Below, piece by piece: positions 1-9,692 of a DNA stretch of 64,000 bases. The DNA is from an uncultured Gemmatimonadales bacterium (GTDB lineage Bacteria > Gemmatimonadota > Gemmatimonadetes > Gemmatimonadales > Gemmatimonadaceae). Position 1 is the first letter of the stretch. The number at the start of each line of letters is the position of its first letter. The stretch lies in NCBI GenBank assembly GCA_963851265.1, contig CAWKNZ010000005.1, positions 1 through 64,000 of the forward strand. The letters run 5' to 3'. Under the pieces are notes generated by a model. That model saw nothing but the letters and a program-made list of their open reading frames with translations. It was not told the DNA's origin and ran no database searches. A program made the position numbers and the translations under genes.

Positions 1-507
1 CGAGTGCGCCCAGCCGTAAACCTTCTCGATGAGCGCGGGCACCACGCGGTAGCGATACATCCCGTCCTTGCCCGGCGCGCCCTGGGCCACGCTCACGATC
101 AACTGCAGCGCCGGCTGCACCGGGTGCGCGGGGTCGGCCGCGTTCCACGCCGCCGTCTCGCGGTCGAGCCGCGCGAGCATCGCCTCGGGCGGCAGTTCAC
201 CCAGGATGCCCATCTTCTTCGACAGCGGGTTGCCGTAGTAGGCGAGGATCCGCTTGCCCGGGAGCACGCTCCCCGGGAGCGGGGCCGGCAACCCCTTCAC
301 CGGCCAGAGCGTGTCGGTCCCGGCGGCCGCACGCGCCGAGTCGCGGGCCGCGGCGGTGCGCGCCCGGATCGCGACGCGCTCCCTGGACGGCAGGCGCGCC
401 GCCCTGGGCGCCCTCGCCGGCTTCGGAGCCGGCTGGGCGGCAACGAGCGAGACGAGCGCGGGGGCGGCGAGGAGCGCGCGGAGAGCGGGGCGGGGCAGCG
501 TGGGCAT
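1..507 (-). CDS. Exported hypothetical protein, 3' end truncated by window edge
   Basis: Manual translation from ATG at 507 (not in ORF track): MPTLPRPALRALLAAPALVSLVAAQP...RILAYYGNPLSKKMGILGE...KDGMYRYRVVPALIEKVYGWAHS; signal-peptide-like N-terminus, open to position 1. Confidence 0.8.
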   Translation of the reverse strand, partial: MPTLPRPALRALLAAPALVSLVAAQPAPKPARAPRAARLPSRERVAIRARTAAARDSARAAAGTDTLWPVKGLPAPLPGSVLPGKRILAYYGNPLSKKMGILGELPPEAMLARLDRETAAWNAADPAHPVQPALQLIVSVAQGAPGKDGMYRYRVVPALIEKVYGWAHS

Positions 508-613
508 CGCAAGCGGGAGAGGCAGGGACGGGGACGCTAACGCCTCCGCAGCGCCGCGGGCACCCTGCTTGCCCCATGCACCGGCCTTCCCCCACGGACA
601 GGAGCCGTACACG

Positions 614-961
614 ATGGCCGACGACCAGCAGGACCCGCACCGCCGCCGAGACCAGGACCGCGAGATCGATCGGCTGGCCCTGGACGGCAGCAAGAGCGCG
701 TGGCAGGAGCGCACCGCCCCGGCCGCGAGCGACCCGGTGAGCGACGACGAGCGCCGCGGGCTCAACGTGATGGGGCAGAGCGACCCGCGCGGCGACGGCA
801 GCATCAACGGCGTCAGCGACACCAACGCGGGTGACGTGCACGCCGCCGCGCCGATCATCGCGGCCGCCGGCGAACACCGAACGAGCCCGCCCCTGGTGGA
901 AGACGCCGGCCTGGGTGACGGCGACATCAGCGTGTCGGGCGGCGCGGCCGGCGGCGCCTGA
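614..961 (+). CDS. Small acidic, probably disordered hypothetical protein
   Basis: ATG 614 preceded by CAGGAG; D/G/A-rich 115 aa. Confidence 0.7.
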   Translation: MADDQQDPHRRRDQDREIDRLALDGSKSAWQERTAPAASDPVSDDERRGLNVMGQSDPRGDGSINGVSDTNAGDVHAAAPIIAAAGEHRTSPPLVEDAGLGDGDISVSGGAAGGA

Positions 962-1047
962 CGCGAGCCGCGAACGGACGACCCGCCGCCCGCGTCGCGG
1001 CGGCGCCCCTCCCACGCGCGATCCTCAGCCGCGCGGGGGGGTGGGCC

Positions 1048-2457
1048 GTGCGCGCCGCGGCGGTCGCCGCGTTCGCGTTCGGCACCCTCTCCGACCTCCA
1101 CCCCTCGCTCGACCTCGCGGCCGCGAGCACGCGCCTCGCCCGCGCGCTGCACCCGAGCATCGGCGCCGCCGACGTCCTCGACGGGTTGCGCAACGTCGCG
1201 CTCACCGGCGGCATCGGCGTCGTCTGGATCGTGACCGCGCGCGCCGCCAGCGCCGGCGGCCGCCTCCGCCGCGAGGTCGCCATCGCCGGCGCAGTCGGTC
1301 TCCTGCTCGGACTCCTCGCCGAAACCGCGCAGCTCTTCTCGCCCGTGCGCGTGTCGAGCATTCTCGACGTGCTCACCAACGGACTCGGCGCCCTGCTCGG
1401 CGCCGCCGCCGTCGCGAACATCGTGGCCTACGGCGCGCGCGACGCCTGGCGCCGCTCCCGGCGCCGCCACCGGCCGCCGTGGCTCGCGCGACTCGGCGGG
1501 GTGCCGCTCCTCTTCGTGGCCGTCCCGTACGCGATCGCGTGCTGGCTCGAGGCCTTCTCGCCGCTCGGGCGCCCCGACCGGGTGCCGGGCGTGTGGGGCG
1601 GACCCGGACGCCGCTGGGGCGCCGCGGTCGCCTACGCCGCCGCACACGCGAGCGACCTGCCCTCGCTCACCGACGTGCTCCTCTTCGCCCCCGCCGGTGC
1701 GCTCCTCACGCTCTGGCTGATGGAGCGCGCGACGCACCGCTGGACCGCGGCGGCGCTCGTCGCGGGCGTCCTCGCGCCGAGTTGGGCGCTGGCCGAGTTG
1801 CTGCGCGGCGTCTCGGGCGGCGACATGCTCGGGTGGGCCGTCGCGTTGCACGGGCTCGCCTCGGCGGCAGGGGCGGTGGCCGCGGCCGCGTGGTCGCGCC
1901 ACATGGACGCGACGCACGGGCCGGGCGCTCGCCAGGCCCCCTATCTACTGCCGGCGTTCGCGGCGCTCATCGTCGCGTGGAGTTGGCGACCGTTCGTCCC
2001 GGTGACGTCGTGGCGTGCCATCACCGACGCGCTCACGCCGCAGGCGTTCATCCCGCTCGCGCAGCTCACCCAGCTCATGACGGTGCACAGCGTCGCCGAC
2101 GTCGGCGTGGGTGCGCTGCTCTACGCCCCGCTCGGCGCGTGGTTCGCGGAGCGCCAGGCCGCGGCCCCCGCGCCCGGCGCGTCAAGCGCGTCCGGCGCGT
2201 CCGCCTCGGGCGGTCTGCGCGCGCTCTGGCCGGGGTTCGCGATCGCGCTGGTGGCGGAGTGCGCGCAGCTCGTCATCGCCGGCCGCACGTTCGACGTCAC
2301 CGACATCCTCGTGCAGTGGGCCGGAGTGCTCGTGGGGGCCGTGGTCTGGCGCGCGTCGGAGGCGCGCGCCCGCACCCACGGGCCGGCCGCGCGCGTGGAG
2401 GGCGCGTACGTGCACGCGCCGCCGCGCCGCGGCGCGCGTCAGAGCGCCGTCGGGTAG
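1048..2457 (+). CDS. VanZ-family multi-pass membrane protein (two VanZ-like units)
   Basis: Repeated motifs ETAQLFSPVRVSSILDVLTNGLG and ECAQLVIAGRTFDVTDIL; many hydrophobic segments. Confidence 0.75.
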   Translation: MRAAAVAAFAFGTLSDLHPSLDLAAASTRLARALHPSIGAADVLDGLRNVALTGGIGVVWIVTARAASAGGRLRREVAIAGAVGLLLGLLAETAQLFSPVRVSSILDVLTNGLGALLGAAAVANIVAYGARDAWRRSRRRHRPPWLARLGGVPLLFVAVPYAIACWLEAFSPLGRPDRVPGVWGGPGRRWGAAVAYAAAHASDLPSLTDVLLFAPAGALLTLWLMERATHRWTAAALVAGVLAPSWALAELLRGVSGGDMLGWAVALHGLASAAGAVAAAAWSRHMDATHGPGARQAPYLLPAFAALIVAWSWRPFVPVTSWRAITDALTPQAFIPLAQLTQLMTVHSVADVGVGALLYAPLGAWFAERQAAAPAPGASSASGASASGGLRALWPGFAIALVAECAQLVIAGRTFDVTDILVQWAGVLVGAVVWRASEARARTHGPAARVEGAYVHAPPRRGARQSAVG

Positions 2458-3846
2458 GTCTCCGGCGGCTCGGCGCCTGACGGGTCCGCCCCCGCCGGGT
2501 CCAGCGGCTCGACCGCGCGCGTGCGGTCGAAGTGGTAGAGGCAGTCGAACTGCCGCCCCACGCGGGCGAGGAAGTAGTGACTCTGCCGCTCGGTCCGCGG
2601 GCGGTAGATCACGCCGATCGCACGCTCGAGCAGCGCCGCGTCGAGCGCCTCGCGCGCCGCGTCCGCGGCCGGGCTCCCGGCCAGCGGCACCACACACCGC
2701 GCGACCCCGGTGTCGTGCAGCGCCCGCTCGACGCTCCCCGGCAGCGACGGGTTCACCGCCATCGTCTCGGGCTCGTCCCCCCAGTCGTGGGCCGCGGTGA
2801 CCGTGCCGTCGTGCGTGGTGAACCCGACCACGAGCGCGACGTCGCCGTGCCGCTCGCGCACGAGCTGACCGAGGTTGAGTTCGCCCCGCGCGCCGAGTTC
2901 GGTCGCGCGCGCGTCTCCGAGGTGGGAGTTGTGGGCCCACACGACGACCTTCCCCGCGCGACCCTGGCGGGCCAGGTGCGCGAGCAGCGCGTCGAGCGTG
3001 TCGGCCATGTGCGTGTCACGCAGGTTCCAGCTCGCGTTGCGGCCGCGGAACATCGCCCGATAGTAGCGTTCCGCGTCCAACACGAGCCGCGCGTTCATCT
3101 CGGCCGAGAAGAAGTCGTCCGCGTCGGCGCGGGCCGCGGCGTCCGCGCCGCGAACGCCCGGCTGCGCGGGGGCGGGCCCGCTCCGGCGCAGCTCGACGAG
3201 CTGCTGCACGACGGCGTCCTCGCACCCCTCGCCGGCGTGCGCGAGGTAGCCGTACTCCTGGGGGTCCTCGCCGAACTCCTCGAAGCAGCCGTAGCGGCCG
3301 CGCGCGCGCACGGCGGCGTCGGGGTCGGTCGCGTCGAGGTAGCGCAGCACCTCGTCGATCGAGGCGCGCAGCGAGTAGAGGTCGAGGCCGTAGAACCCGA
3401 CGGGCCGCGCGGCGCGGGCGTTGTGCGCGCGGAGCCAGTCGATCAGATCGCGGACGACGTGGTTGCGCCACATCCAGCGCGGAAAGCGGGCGAAGCCGCC
3501 GAGCGCGTCCGCCGCGCCGGCGTTCCCGTCGCCGTCACCGCGGACCCAGCGGTGAACGCGGTCGGAATCGGGCCAGTCGCCCTCGATCGCGACGGCGTCG
3601 AAGCCGAGGTCCTCCACGAGCCGGCGGGTGATCTCGGCGCGGGTCGAGTAGAACTCGTGGGTGCCGTGTGAACGCTTCGCCGAGCAGGACGATGCGGCGG
3701 TCGCCGACGAGGTCGAGCAGCGGGTCGTGGTCGCGGGCGTCACCTCGAAGCGGAACGGCCGCACCGGCGAGCGCGGCGGTGATCGGGCCGACGTCGTCGG
3801 GGGGCGGCGGGAAGGGGGAACGGCGGAACAGGCGCTCGATGGACAC
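2439..3846 (-). pseudogene. Erythromycin esterase family protein with a +1 frameshift near 3671
   Basis: N-terminus ...DPLLDLVGDRRIVLLGEA is in one frame and SHGTHEFY...AIEGDWPD...WAHNSHLGDAR in another; minus strand reads GCG TTCA CAC, one T more than GEASHG needs. Confidence 0.8.
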
Positions 3847-4037
3847 GGCGGGCGCTCCGTGCAAGAGTTGGGCACCCAAGGAATTGACCCGGGGAGTCGC
3901 GTCCGACGCTCACGCGAGGGCGTGACCCCCAGGAAAGCTGTACGCCCATGCGACGACGACGTGCCTGATTCTCGGACCTAAGGGCGCCTGATGAGGGCGC
4001 CCTCGCCTGCGCTCCGCGCTCCGGGGCGTACCCCGCC

Positions 4038-4829
4038 TCAGACCGACCGCGTCCCTCCGCCGTCGATCCGGATCATCGACCCCGTGACGAACCCGGCCCG
4101 CTCGCTCGCCAGGAACGCCGCCACCGCCCCGAACTCCTCCGGCGTTCCGTAGCGCCCCACCGGGATCGCCCGCGTGTTCTCCGCGTACACCGCGTCGGCC
4201 GTGCGCCCCGTGCGCTCCGCCACCGCCCCGTCGAGGAACGTCGTCCGGTCGGTCGCCACGCGTCCGGGCAGCAGCATGTTCACCGTCACCCCCTCGCGCG
4301 CGACCTCGCCGGCCAGCGTCTTCGACCAGCCGACGAGCGCCGAGCGGAGCGTGTTGGACATGCCGAGCGCCGGGTTCGGCTCGATCACCGTCGTCGACGC
4401 GATCGTGAGCACCCGCCCCCAGCCGCGCGCGCGCATCGCCGGTAGCACGCGGTCGGTCACGCGGATGACGCTGAGCACCATCGTCTGGAACTGCGCCGCC
4501 CACACGCCCGGGTCCACGCCGGCCGCCCCACTCGGCGGCGGCCCGCCGGTGTTGTTGACGAGCACGTCCACGCGGCCGCCGAGCGCGGCTTCCGCGCGGT
4601 CCACCGCGGCGAGCACCGCGTCGTGGTCCGCGACGTCCGCCGCGAACGCGTGCGCCGCGACGCCGTGCCGGTCGGCGATCTCCGCCGCCGCGCGGTCGAG
4701 CGCGGCCTGGCCGCGCGCGACCAGCGCGACCGCGACGCCCTCCGCCGCGAGCGCGTCGGCGCACCCGCGCCCGAGCCCCTTCGACCCGCCGAAGACGAGC
4801 GCGGTGCGCCCGCGCAGTCCGAGATCCAT
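4038..4829 (-). CDS. SDR-family oxidoreductase
   Basis: MDLGLRGRTALVFGGSKGLG, NNTGGP, SNTLR, C-terminal GFVTGSMIRIDGG. Confidence 0.92.
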   Translation of the reverse strand: MDLGLRGRTALVFGGSKGLGRGCADALAAEGVAVALVARGQAALDRAAAEIADRHGVAAHAFAADVADHDAVLAAVDRAEAALGGRVDVLVNNTGGPPPSGAAGVDPGVWAAQFQTMVLSVIRVTDRVLPAMRARGWGRVLTIASTTVIEPNPALGMSNTLRSALVGWSKTLAGEVAREGVTVNMLLPGRVATDRTTFLDGAVAERTGRTADAVYAENTRAIPVGRYGTPEEFGAVAAFLASERAGFVTGSMIRIDGGGTRSV

Positions 4830-4838
4830 GCGTCCGTT

Positions 4839-4871
4839 CCTCGATGAACCCGCGATGAAACCGCGATGAAG
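4839..4871. repeat. 3 x 11-bp direct repeat just upstream of the SDR gene
   Basis: CCTCGATGAAC CCGCGATGAAA CCGCGATGAAG. Confidence 0.75.
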
Positions 4872-4915
4872 GTCACACGCCGGAGCGCCCCCCGCGGGCG
4901 CCCGGCCCCACACTG

Positions 4916-6247
4916 TTAGGCCACGAGCCGCGCCACCGGCCGGGCGAGCCGTGCGCGCACCCGGAGCGCGAGGGCCCCGCCGACCACCGCGAGCCCGGCC
5001 ACGAGCCCCCACCAGAGCCCGCGCGGACCGGCGCCCGCCCGCAGCCCGAGCCACGCCCCGAGCGGGATCCCGAACAGCCAGAACCCGACCACGTTCACCG
5101 CGGCCGGCACGCGCGTGTCGCCGAGCCCGCGCAGCACGCCCAACGATACCACCTGGAGCCCGTCGAACACCTGGAACACCCCCGCGATCGGGATCAGCGC
5201 GGCCGCCAGCGCGCGCACGCCGACGTCGTCGGTGTAGAGCGCGGCGAGCGCGCGCGGCGCCGCGAGCAGTACGCACGCGCTCGCCGCCATGAACCCCACG
5301 CCCACCGCCGTCGCCGCGTACGCCGCCCGGCGCGCCCCGGCCGCGTCGCCCGCTCCCACCGCTCGCCCGACGCGCACGGCCGCCGCCGCCGACACGCCTA
5401 ACGGCACCATGAACGTCAGCGAAGCGAGGCTGAGCGTGGTCTGGTGTGCGGCCATCGGCACCGTGCCGAGCCGCCCCATGAGCAGCCCCACCACGCCGAA
5501 CGCGCCGTACTCGAGCGCCTGCTGCGCCCCGAGCGGCAGCCCGATGCGGAGCGCCGGGGCGAGCGCCGCCGGCCGCCACGCCCCGGGCCGCCACGGGCGC
5601 AGCACCGGGCGCAGCTCGCCGCGGGCCGCGGCGTAGAGCGCGCCCAGCATGAGCCAGCGCGCCGCCGTCGACGCCCACGCGCTCCCGACCGCGCCGAGGG
5701 CGGGCGCGCCCCACCGGCCGTAGACGAGCGCCCAGTTGAGCGCGGCGTTCGCGGCGTTGCCGACCACGATCGCCGCCACGATCGCGCGCGTGTGGCCGTG
5801 CGCCTGTAGCGTCTGCCGCAGCACGACGAAGCCCAGGAACGGCGCGACCCCCGCGAACTGGGCGCGCACGAACGCCCCCGCCGTCGGCACCACGTCGGCC
5901 GGCTGGCCTAACGCACCCAGCACCGCGCCGGCCGGCAGCAGCGCGAGCGCGAGCGGCACGCTGAGCGCGACCGCGAGCACGACCCCGCGCTGCACCGCGC
6001 GCGCCGCGGCCGGCGCGTCCCCCGCGCCCACCGCCTGCGCGACGAGCGGGTCGAGCGCGAACAGCACTCCCTGCCCGAACGCTGTCACGTTGTAGAAGTA
6101 CAAGCTCCCGAGCGCCGCGGCCGCGAGCGCGGCCGGCGACACGTGCCCGACCATCATCGTGTCGACCACGCCCATCAGCATCAGCCCGACCTGCACGAGC
6201 GCCACCGGCAGCGCGAGCCGCAGCATGGCCGCCAGCTCGGCCCTCAC
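4916..6247 (-). CDS. MATE-family efflux transporter (NorM-like)
   Basis: LMGVVDTMMVGHV, FQVFDGLQVV.LGVLRGLGDT; about 12 TM segments. Confidence 0.93.
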   Translation of the reverse strand: MRAELAAMLRLALPVALVQVGLMLMGVVDTMMVGHVSPAALAAAALGSLYFYNVTAFGQGVLFALDPLVAQAVGAGDAPAAARAVQRGVVLAVALSVPLALALLPAGAVLGALGQPADVVPTAGAFVRAQFAGVAPFLGFVVLRQTLQAHGHTRAIVAAIVVGNAANAALNWALVYGRWGAPALGAVGSAWASTAARWLMLGALYAAARGELRPVLRPWRPGAWRPAALAPALRIGLPLGAQQALEYGAFGVVGLLMGRLGTVPMAAHQTTLSLASLTFMVPLGVSAAAAVRVGRAVGAGDAAGARRAAYAATAVGVGFMAASACVLLAAPRALAALYTDDVGVRALAAALIPIAGVFQVFDGLQVVSLGVLRGLGDTRVPAAVNVVGFWLFGIPLGAWLGLRAGAGPRGLWWGLVAGLAVVGGALALRVRARLARPVARLVA

Positions 6248-6274
6248 GGGCGCCTCACGGGCGACTCACCGACG
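6242..6274. repeat. 3 x 11-bp direct repeat at the MATE start
   Basis: CCTCACGGGCG CCTCACGGGCG ACTCACCGACG. Confidence 0.6.
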
Positions 6275-6297
6275 GCGCACCATGACGGCCCCGCGCC

Positions 6298-6798
6298 TCA
6301 CCCGAGCGCCCGGTAGTAGCGGCACCGTTCCGCCGTGATCCCCGCCCCCTGGTAGGCCACCGGCACCGGCACGATCTCGACGAACGCGAATCCCGCGTTC
6401 TCGAGCGTCCGCCGCGACGCCATGTTCTCCGGCCCGCACGTGATCCACAGCTCCGCGAACCCGTGCCGCTCCGCGAACGGGAGCAGCAGCCGCACCGCGC
6501 GGCTCGCGTACCCGTGACCGCGGTGCATCACGTCCACCCCGTATCCGATCTGCCCGTAGTACAGGAGGAACCGCTCGGCGTCGGTCAGCCGGAGCGAGAT
6601 CTGTCCGACCCGCAGGTCGTCGCGCTGCCGGTGGATCGCGAAGGCGTACGACGGGACGATGCCGTACGACGGGTTCGCCCGGTGCAGCTCGGCCACGCGC
6701 AACGTGATCGCGTCATCCTCCAGCGGCCCCGGGTCGACGAAGGGCGCGGTGAACGCCTCGGGGGGCGGGTAGCCGACGGGCGTTGGGCGGCGGCGCAT
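6298..6798 (-). CDS. GNAT-family N-acetyltransferase
   Basis: GQIGYGV..HRGHGYA acetyl-CoA motif, ITCGPENMASRRTLE; ATG 6798 lies 6 nt after TACGCT. Confidence 0.88.
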   Translation of the reverse strand: MRRRPTPVGYPPPEAFTAPFVDPGPLEDDAITLRVAELHRANPSYGIVPSYAFAIHRQRDDLRVGQISLRLTDAERFLLYYGQIGYGVDVMHRGHGYASRAVRLLLPFAERHGFAELWITCGPENMASRRTLENAGFAFVEIVPVPVAYQGAGITAERCRYYRALG

Positions 6799-6827
6799 GC
6801 GGGCAGCGTAGTCGCTACCGTGCCCGG

Positions 6828-7640
6828 ATGCCACCACGCCCGCCCGCCGCCGCCACCACACGCCGCTCCGGCGCGGCCCGACGACCGTTCGGAGGGCCGC
6901 GGTCCTACTGGCACCTCAGCCGCGCCCCACGCTACTCGCTGCTCTTCGCGCTCCCGCTGCTCGTCGCCTACGAGGGGCTCGCCGCGCTCGCCGGCAACTC
7001 GGCCGGCCTCTCGCTCCGCAACGGCGCCGACGTCTGGCTCAAGGCCCCGTTCGTCCTCCTCCTCGGGCCGCGCGGCCCGGTCGTCTTCGGCGCGCTCGTC
7101 GTCGGCGGCGCCGCGCTCCTCGTCCTGCGCGACGTGCGCCGAACGCGCGACGGCGTGCGCGCGCGCGTGCTCGCGGCCATGCTCGCCGAGTCGGCCGCGC
7201 TCGCGGTGGTGTGCGCGTTCGGCGTGGGCGCGGCCACGGGGCTCGTGCTGCGCGTGCTCAGCGTGCGCGCGGCGCCGCTGCCCGGCGGCGGCACGTCGGC
7301 GCTCGCTGCGCCGTCGCGGCTCATGCTCTCGCTCGGCGCGGGGCTCTACGAGGAGCTGCTCTTCCGCGTCGTGCTCGTCGGCGCGCTCGCCGCACTCGGC
7401 CGACGCGTCCTCGGGCTCACGCCGCGCGCGGCCGGCGTGCTCGCCGTCGTCTGCGGCGCGCTGGTCTTCTCGGCCGCGCACTACGTCGGCGCGTACGGCG
7501 ATCGCCTCACGTTCGAGAGCTTCCTCTTCCGTGCCATCGCGGGGCTGTTCTTCAGCGCGCTCTATCTGCTGCGCGGGTTCGGCATCACCGCGTGGACGCA
7601 CGCGCTGTACGACGTCGGGGTGCTCGTCCTCGGGGGTTGA
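6828..7640 (+). CDS. CPBP (Abi/CAAX) family intramembrane glutamic/metalloprotease
   Basis: YEELLFR, FSAAHY, HALYD motifs. Confidence 0.88.
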   Translation: MPPRPPAAATTRRSGAARRPFGGPRSYWHLSRAPRYSLLFALPLLVAYEGLAALAGNSAGLSLRNGADVWLKAPFVLLLGPRGPVVFGALVVGGAALLVLRDVRRTRDGVRARVLAAMLAESAALAVVCAFGVGAATGLVLRVLSVRAAPLPGGGTSALAAPSRLMLSLGAGLYEELLFRVVLVGALAALGRRVLGLTPRAAGVLAVVCGALVFSAAHYVGAYGDRLTFESFLFRAIAGLFFSALYLLRGFGITAWTHALYDVGVLVLGG

Positions 7641-7676
7641 GCGGGGACGGTCCGGCGCTTGCCGACGTCGGCCGCC

Positions 7677-8870
7677 ATGCCCCACCTCCCACCGCTCCGC
7701 CCTGGTCGCCGCACGCTGCGGCCCGCGCGCCCGTGGCGCGCGCCCGCAGGCACACGCGTGGGCACGATCGCCGTCGCGTGCGCCGTCGCGTGCGCCGGTG
7801 CGTGCGCGACCGCTCCCGCGACGCGCCCCGCACCCGGCACCGCGTCGGCTGTGCTTGCGTCGTCTGCTCCCGTCACGCCCACGGACGTGCGCGCCATCAT
7901 CGGCGTGCTCGCCGCCGACTCGCTCGAAGGGCGGGGCACCGGCGCGCGGGGCTCGATGAGCGCCGCGCGCTACATCGGCGCGTGGTTCGCCGGCGTCGGC
8001 CTCGAGGCCGCGGGCGATTCCGGGTACTTCCAGCGCGTCCCGATGGTCAGCCTCGACTCGGTGGCGCGCCGCAACGGCGCGCGCGCGGTCGAACTGGTGG
8101 ACGGCTTCGCCGCGCGTGACACCTTCCCGGCCGCGCGCCGCCTCACGGGCGGCAACGTCGTCGCGATCCTCCGCGGCGGCGACCCCGCGCTCCGCGACGA
8201 GGCCATCCTCGTCGACGCGCACTACGACCACCTCGGCATCGGCACCCCGGTCGCGGGCGACTCCATCTACAACGGCGCCGACGACGACGCCTCGGGTACG
8301 GCCGCGGTGATGCTCGTCGCGCGGGCGCTCGCGGCCGGGCCGCGTCCCGGGCGCAGCGTCGTCTTCCTCGCCGCGACGGGCGAGGAGGTGGGGCTCGTCG
8401 GCACGCGCTGGTACATCCGCCACCCCGCGTGGCCGCTCGCGCGCACGGTCGGGAACCTCGAGATCGAGATGATCGGCCGCCCCGACTCGCTCGCCGGCGG
8501 CCCGGGGCGCGCGTGGCTCACGGGCTACGAGCGCTCGACGTTAGGCGACGAGCTCCGCGCCGCGGGCGTCCCGCTCGTCGCCGACCCGCGCCCGTCGCAG
8601 AACTTCTTCCAGCGGAGCGACAACATCGCGTACGCGTGGCTCGGCATCCCCGCGCACACGCTCTCGTCGTACAACCTGCACGCCGACTACCACCAGCCGA
8701 CCGACGAGGCCGACCGCGTCGACTACCCGCACATGGCGGCCGTGGTGAACGCGACCGTGCGGGCCGTGCGGCTCATGGCGGATGGGCCACGTCCGGCGTG
8801 GAAGCCCGGGCAGCAGCCGCAGGCGCCGCCCGGCGTCCTCCAGAAGCTCGGGGTGGGGGCGGCGCCATGA
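7677..8870 (+). CDS. M28-family peptidase, probably exported or lipoprotein (start uncertain)
   Basis: AHYDHLG, YNGADDDASG, GEEVGLVG, RSDN, YHQPTD. Confidence 0.9.
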   Translation: MPHLPPLRPGRRTLRPARPWRAPAGTRVGTIAVACAVACAGACATAPATRPAPGTASAVLASSAPVTPTDVRAIIGVLAADSLEGRGTGARGSMSAARYIGAWFAGVGLEAAGDSGYFQRVPMVSLDSVARRNGARAVELVDGFAARDTFPAARRLTGGNVVAILRGGDPALRDEAILVDAHYDHLGIGTPVAGDSIYNGADDDASGTAAVMLVARALAAGPRPGRSVVFLAATGEEVGLVGTRWYIRHPAWPLARTVGNLEIEMIGRPDSLAGGPGRAWLTGYERSTLGDELRAAGVPLVADPRPSQNFFQRSDNIAYAWLGIPAHTLSSYNLHADYHQPTDEADRVDYPHMAAVVNATVRAVRLMADGPRPAWKPGQQPQAPPGVLQKLGVGAAP

Positions 8871-9310
8871 CCGTGCCCCCGCCCACACCGCCGCCGGCCG
8901 CCGCGGTCGCCGACCAGCGCACCCCCGCGCCGTTCGATCTCGCGCGGTACCGCGACCGGAAGCGCGTCCTCGTGCTCGCCGCGCCGGCGTCGGGGGACGC
9001 CGCATTCGTCGCCGAGGACGCGGCGCTTCGCGCGCGGACCGGCGGGGTGGCCGAGCGCGACCTCGTCGTCGTGCGGCTGCTCGAGGCGGGCGCGAGTTCG
9101 GCCGACGGGCACCCGCTGGACGCGGCGGCGGCGCTCGCGCTCAGGCACCGGCTGCGCGTCGAGGCGGGGCGGTTCACCGCGCTGCTCGTCGGCAAGGACG
9201 GCCACGTCGCGCTGCGCTCGCACGAGCCCGTGGTGGCCGGGAAGCTCTTCCCGACCATCGACGCGATGCCGATGCGGCGCGACGAGATGCGCCGGCGCGG
9301 GGAAGGGTAG
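8867..9310 (+). CDS. DUF4174-like protein
   Basis: RKRVLVLAAP...ERDLVV...LVGKDG...IDAMPMRRDEM; ATGA overlap with upstream gene. Confidence 0.8.
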   Translation: MTVPPPTPPPAAAVADQRTPAPFDLARYRDRKRVLVLAAPASGDAAFVAEDAALRARTGGVAERDLVVVRLLEAGASSADGHPLDAAAALALRHRLRVEAGRFTALLVGKDGHVALRSHEPVVAGKLFPTIDAMPMRRDEMRRRGEG

Positions 9311-9359
9311 CGGGGCCGCCGGACGGCCTAACGGTCCGCCGGCGGGCCGTTGCCGTCCA

Positions 9360-9641
9360 CTACCGCCCGGTCTTCGTCGCCGCCCCGTTCCCGCCGGGTG
9401 CCGTCCCGCCGTGCTCCGGCGCGGCCTGCACCGGCCCGGCGTTGTTCGCCGCCGTGGGCAGCGAGTCCTCGCCCACCTGCCGCATCATCACGTCCGTCGG
9501 CTCGCGGAACGTGCGGTTGTGGACCGTCCACGCCATCGTCCAGAACGCGACCGCGGCGATGATCGTCGCGATGGCCGCGCCCCAGCCCTCCTTCTTGAAC
9601 GGCACGTGGCGGTTGGGCGGAAGACTCGGAGCAGACGCCAT
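9360..9641 (-). CDS. Small single-TM hypothetical protein
   Basis: 93-aa ORF with one hydrophobic helix; TAGATT -10-like element upstream. Confidence 0.6.
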   Translation of the reverse strand: MASAPSLPPNRHVPFKKEGWGAAIATIIAAVAFWTMAWTVHNRTFREPTDVMMRQVGEDSLPTAANNAGPVQAAPEHGGTAPGGNGAATKTGR

Positions 9642-9692
9642 GAGACCGGCAGCTTGGGACGTGGGGTGAGAAGGGGCGAAGCGCGGGGCAAT

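Noticed and set aside
2439..6247. Erythromycin esterase, MATE and VanZ-like genes as a resistance island
   Set aside because: All are broad families common in environmental genomes; there are no mobility genes or compositional break, and the esterase is frameshifted.
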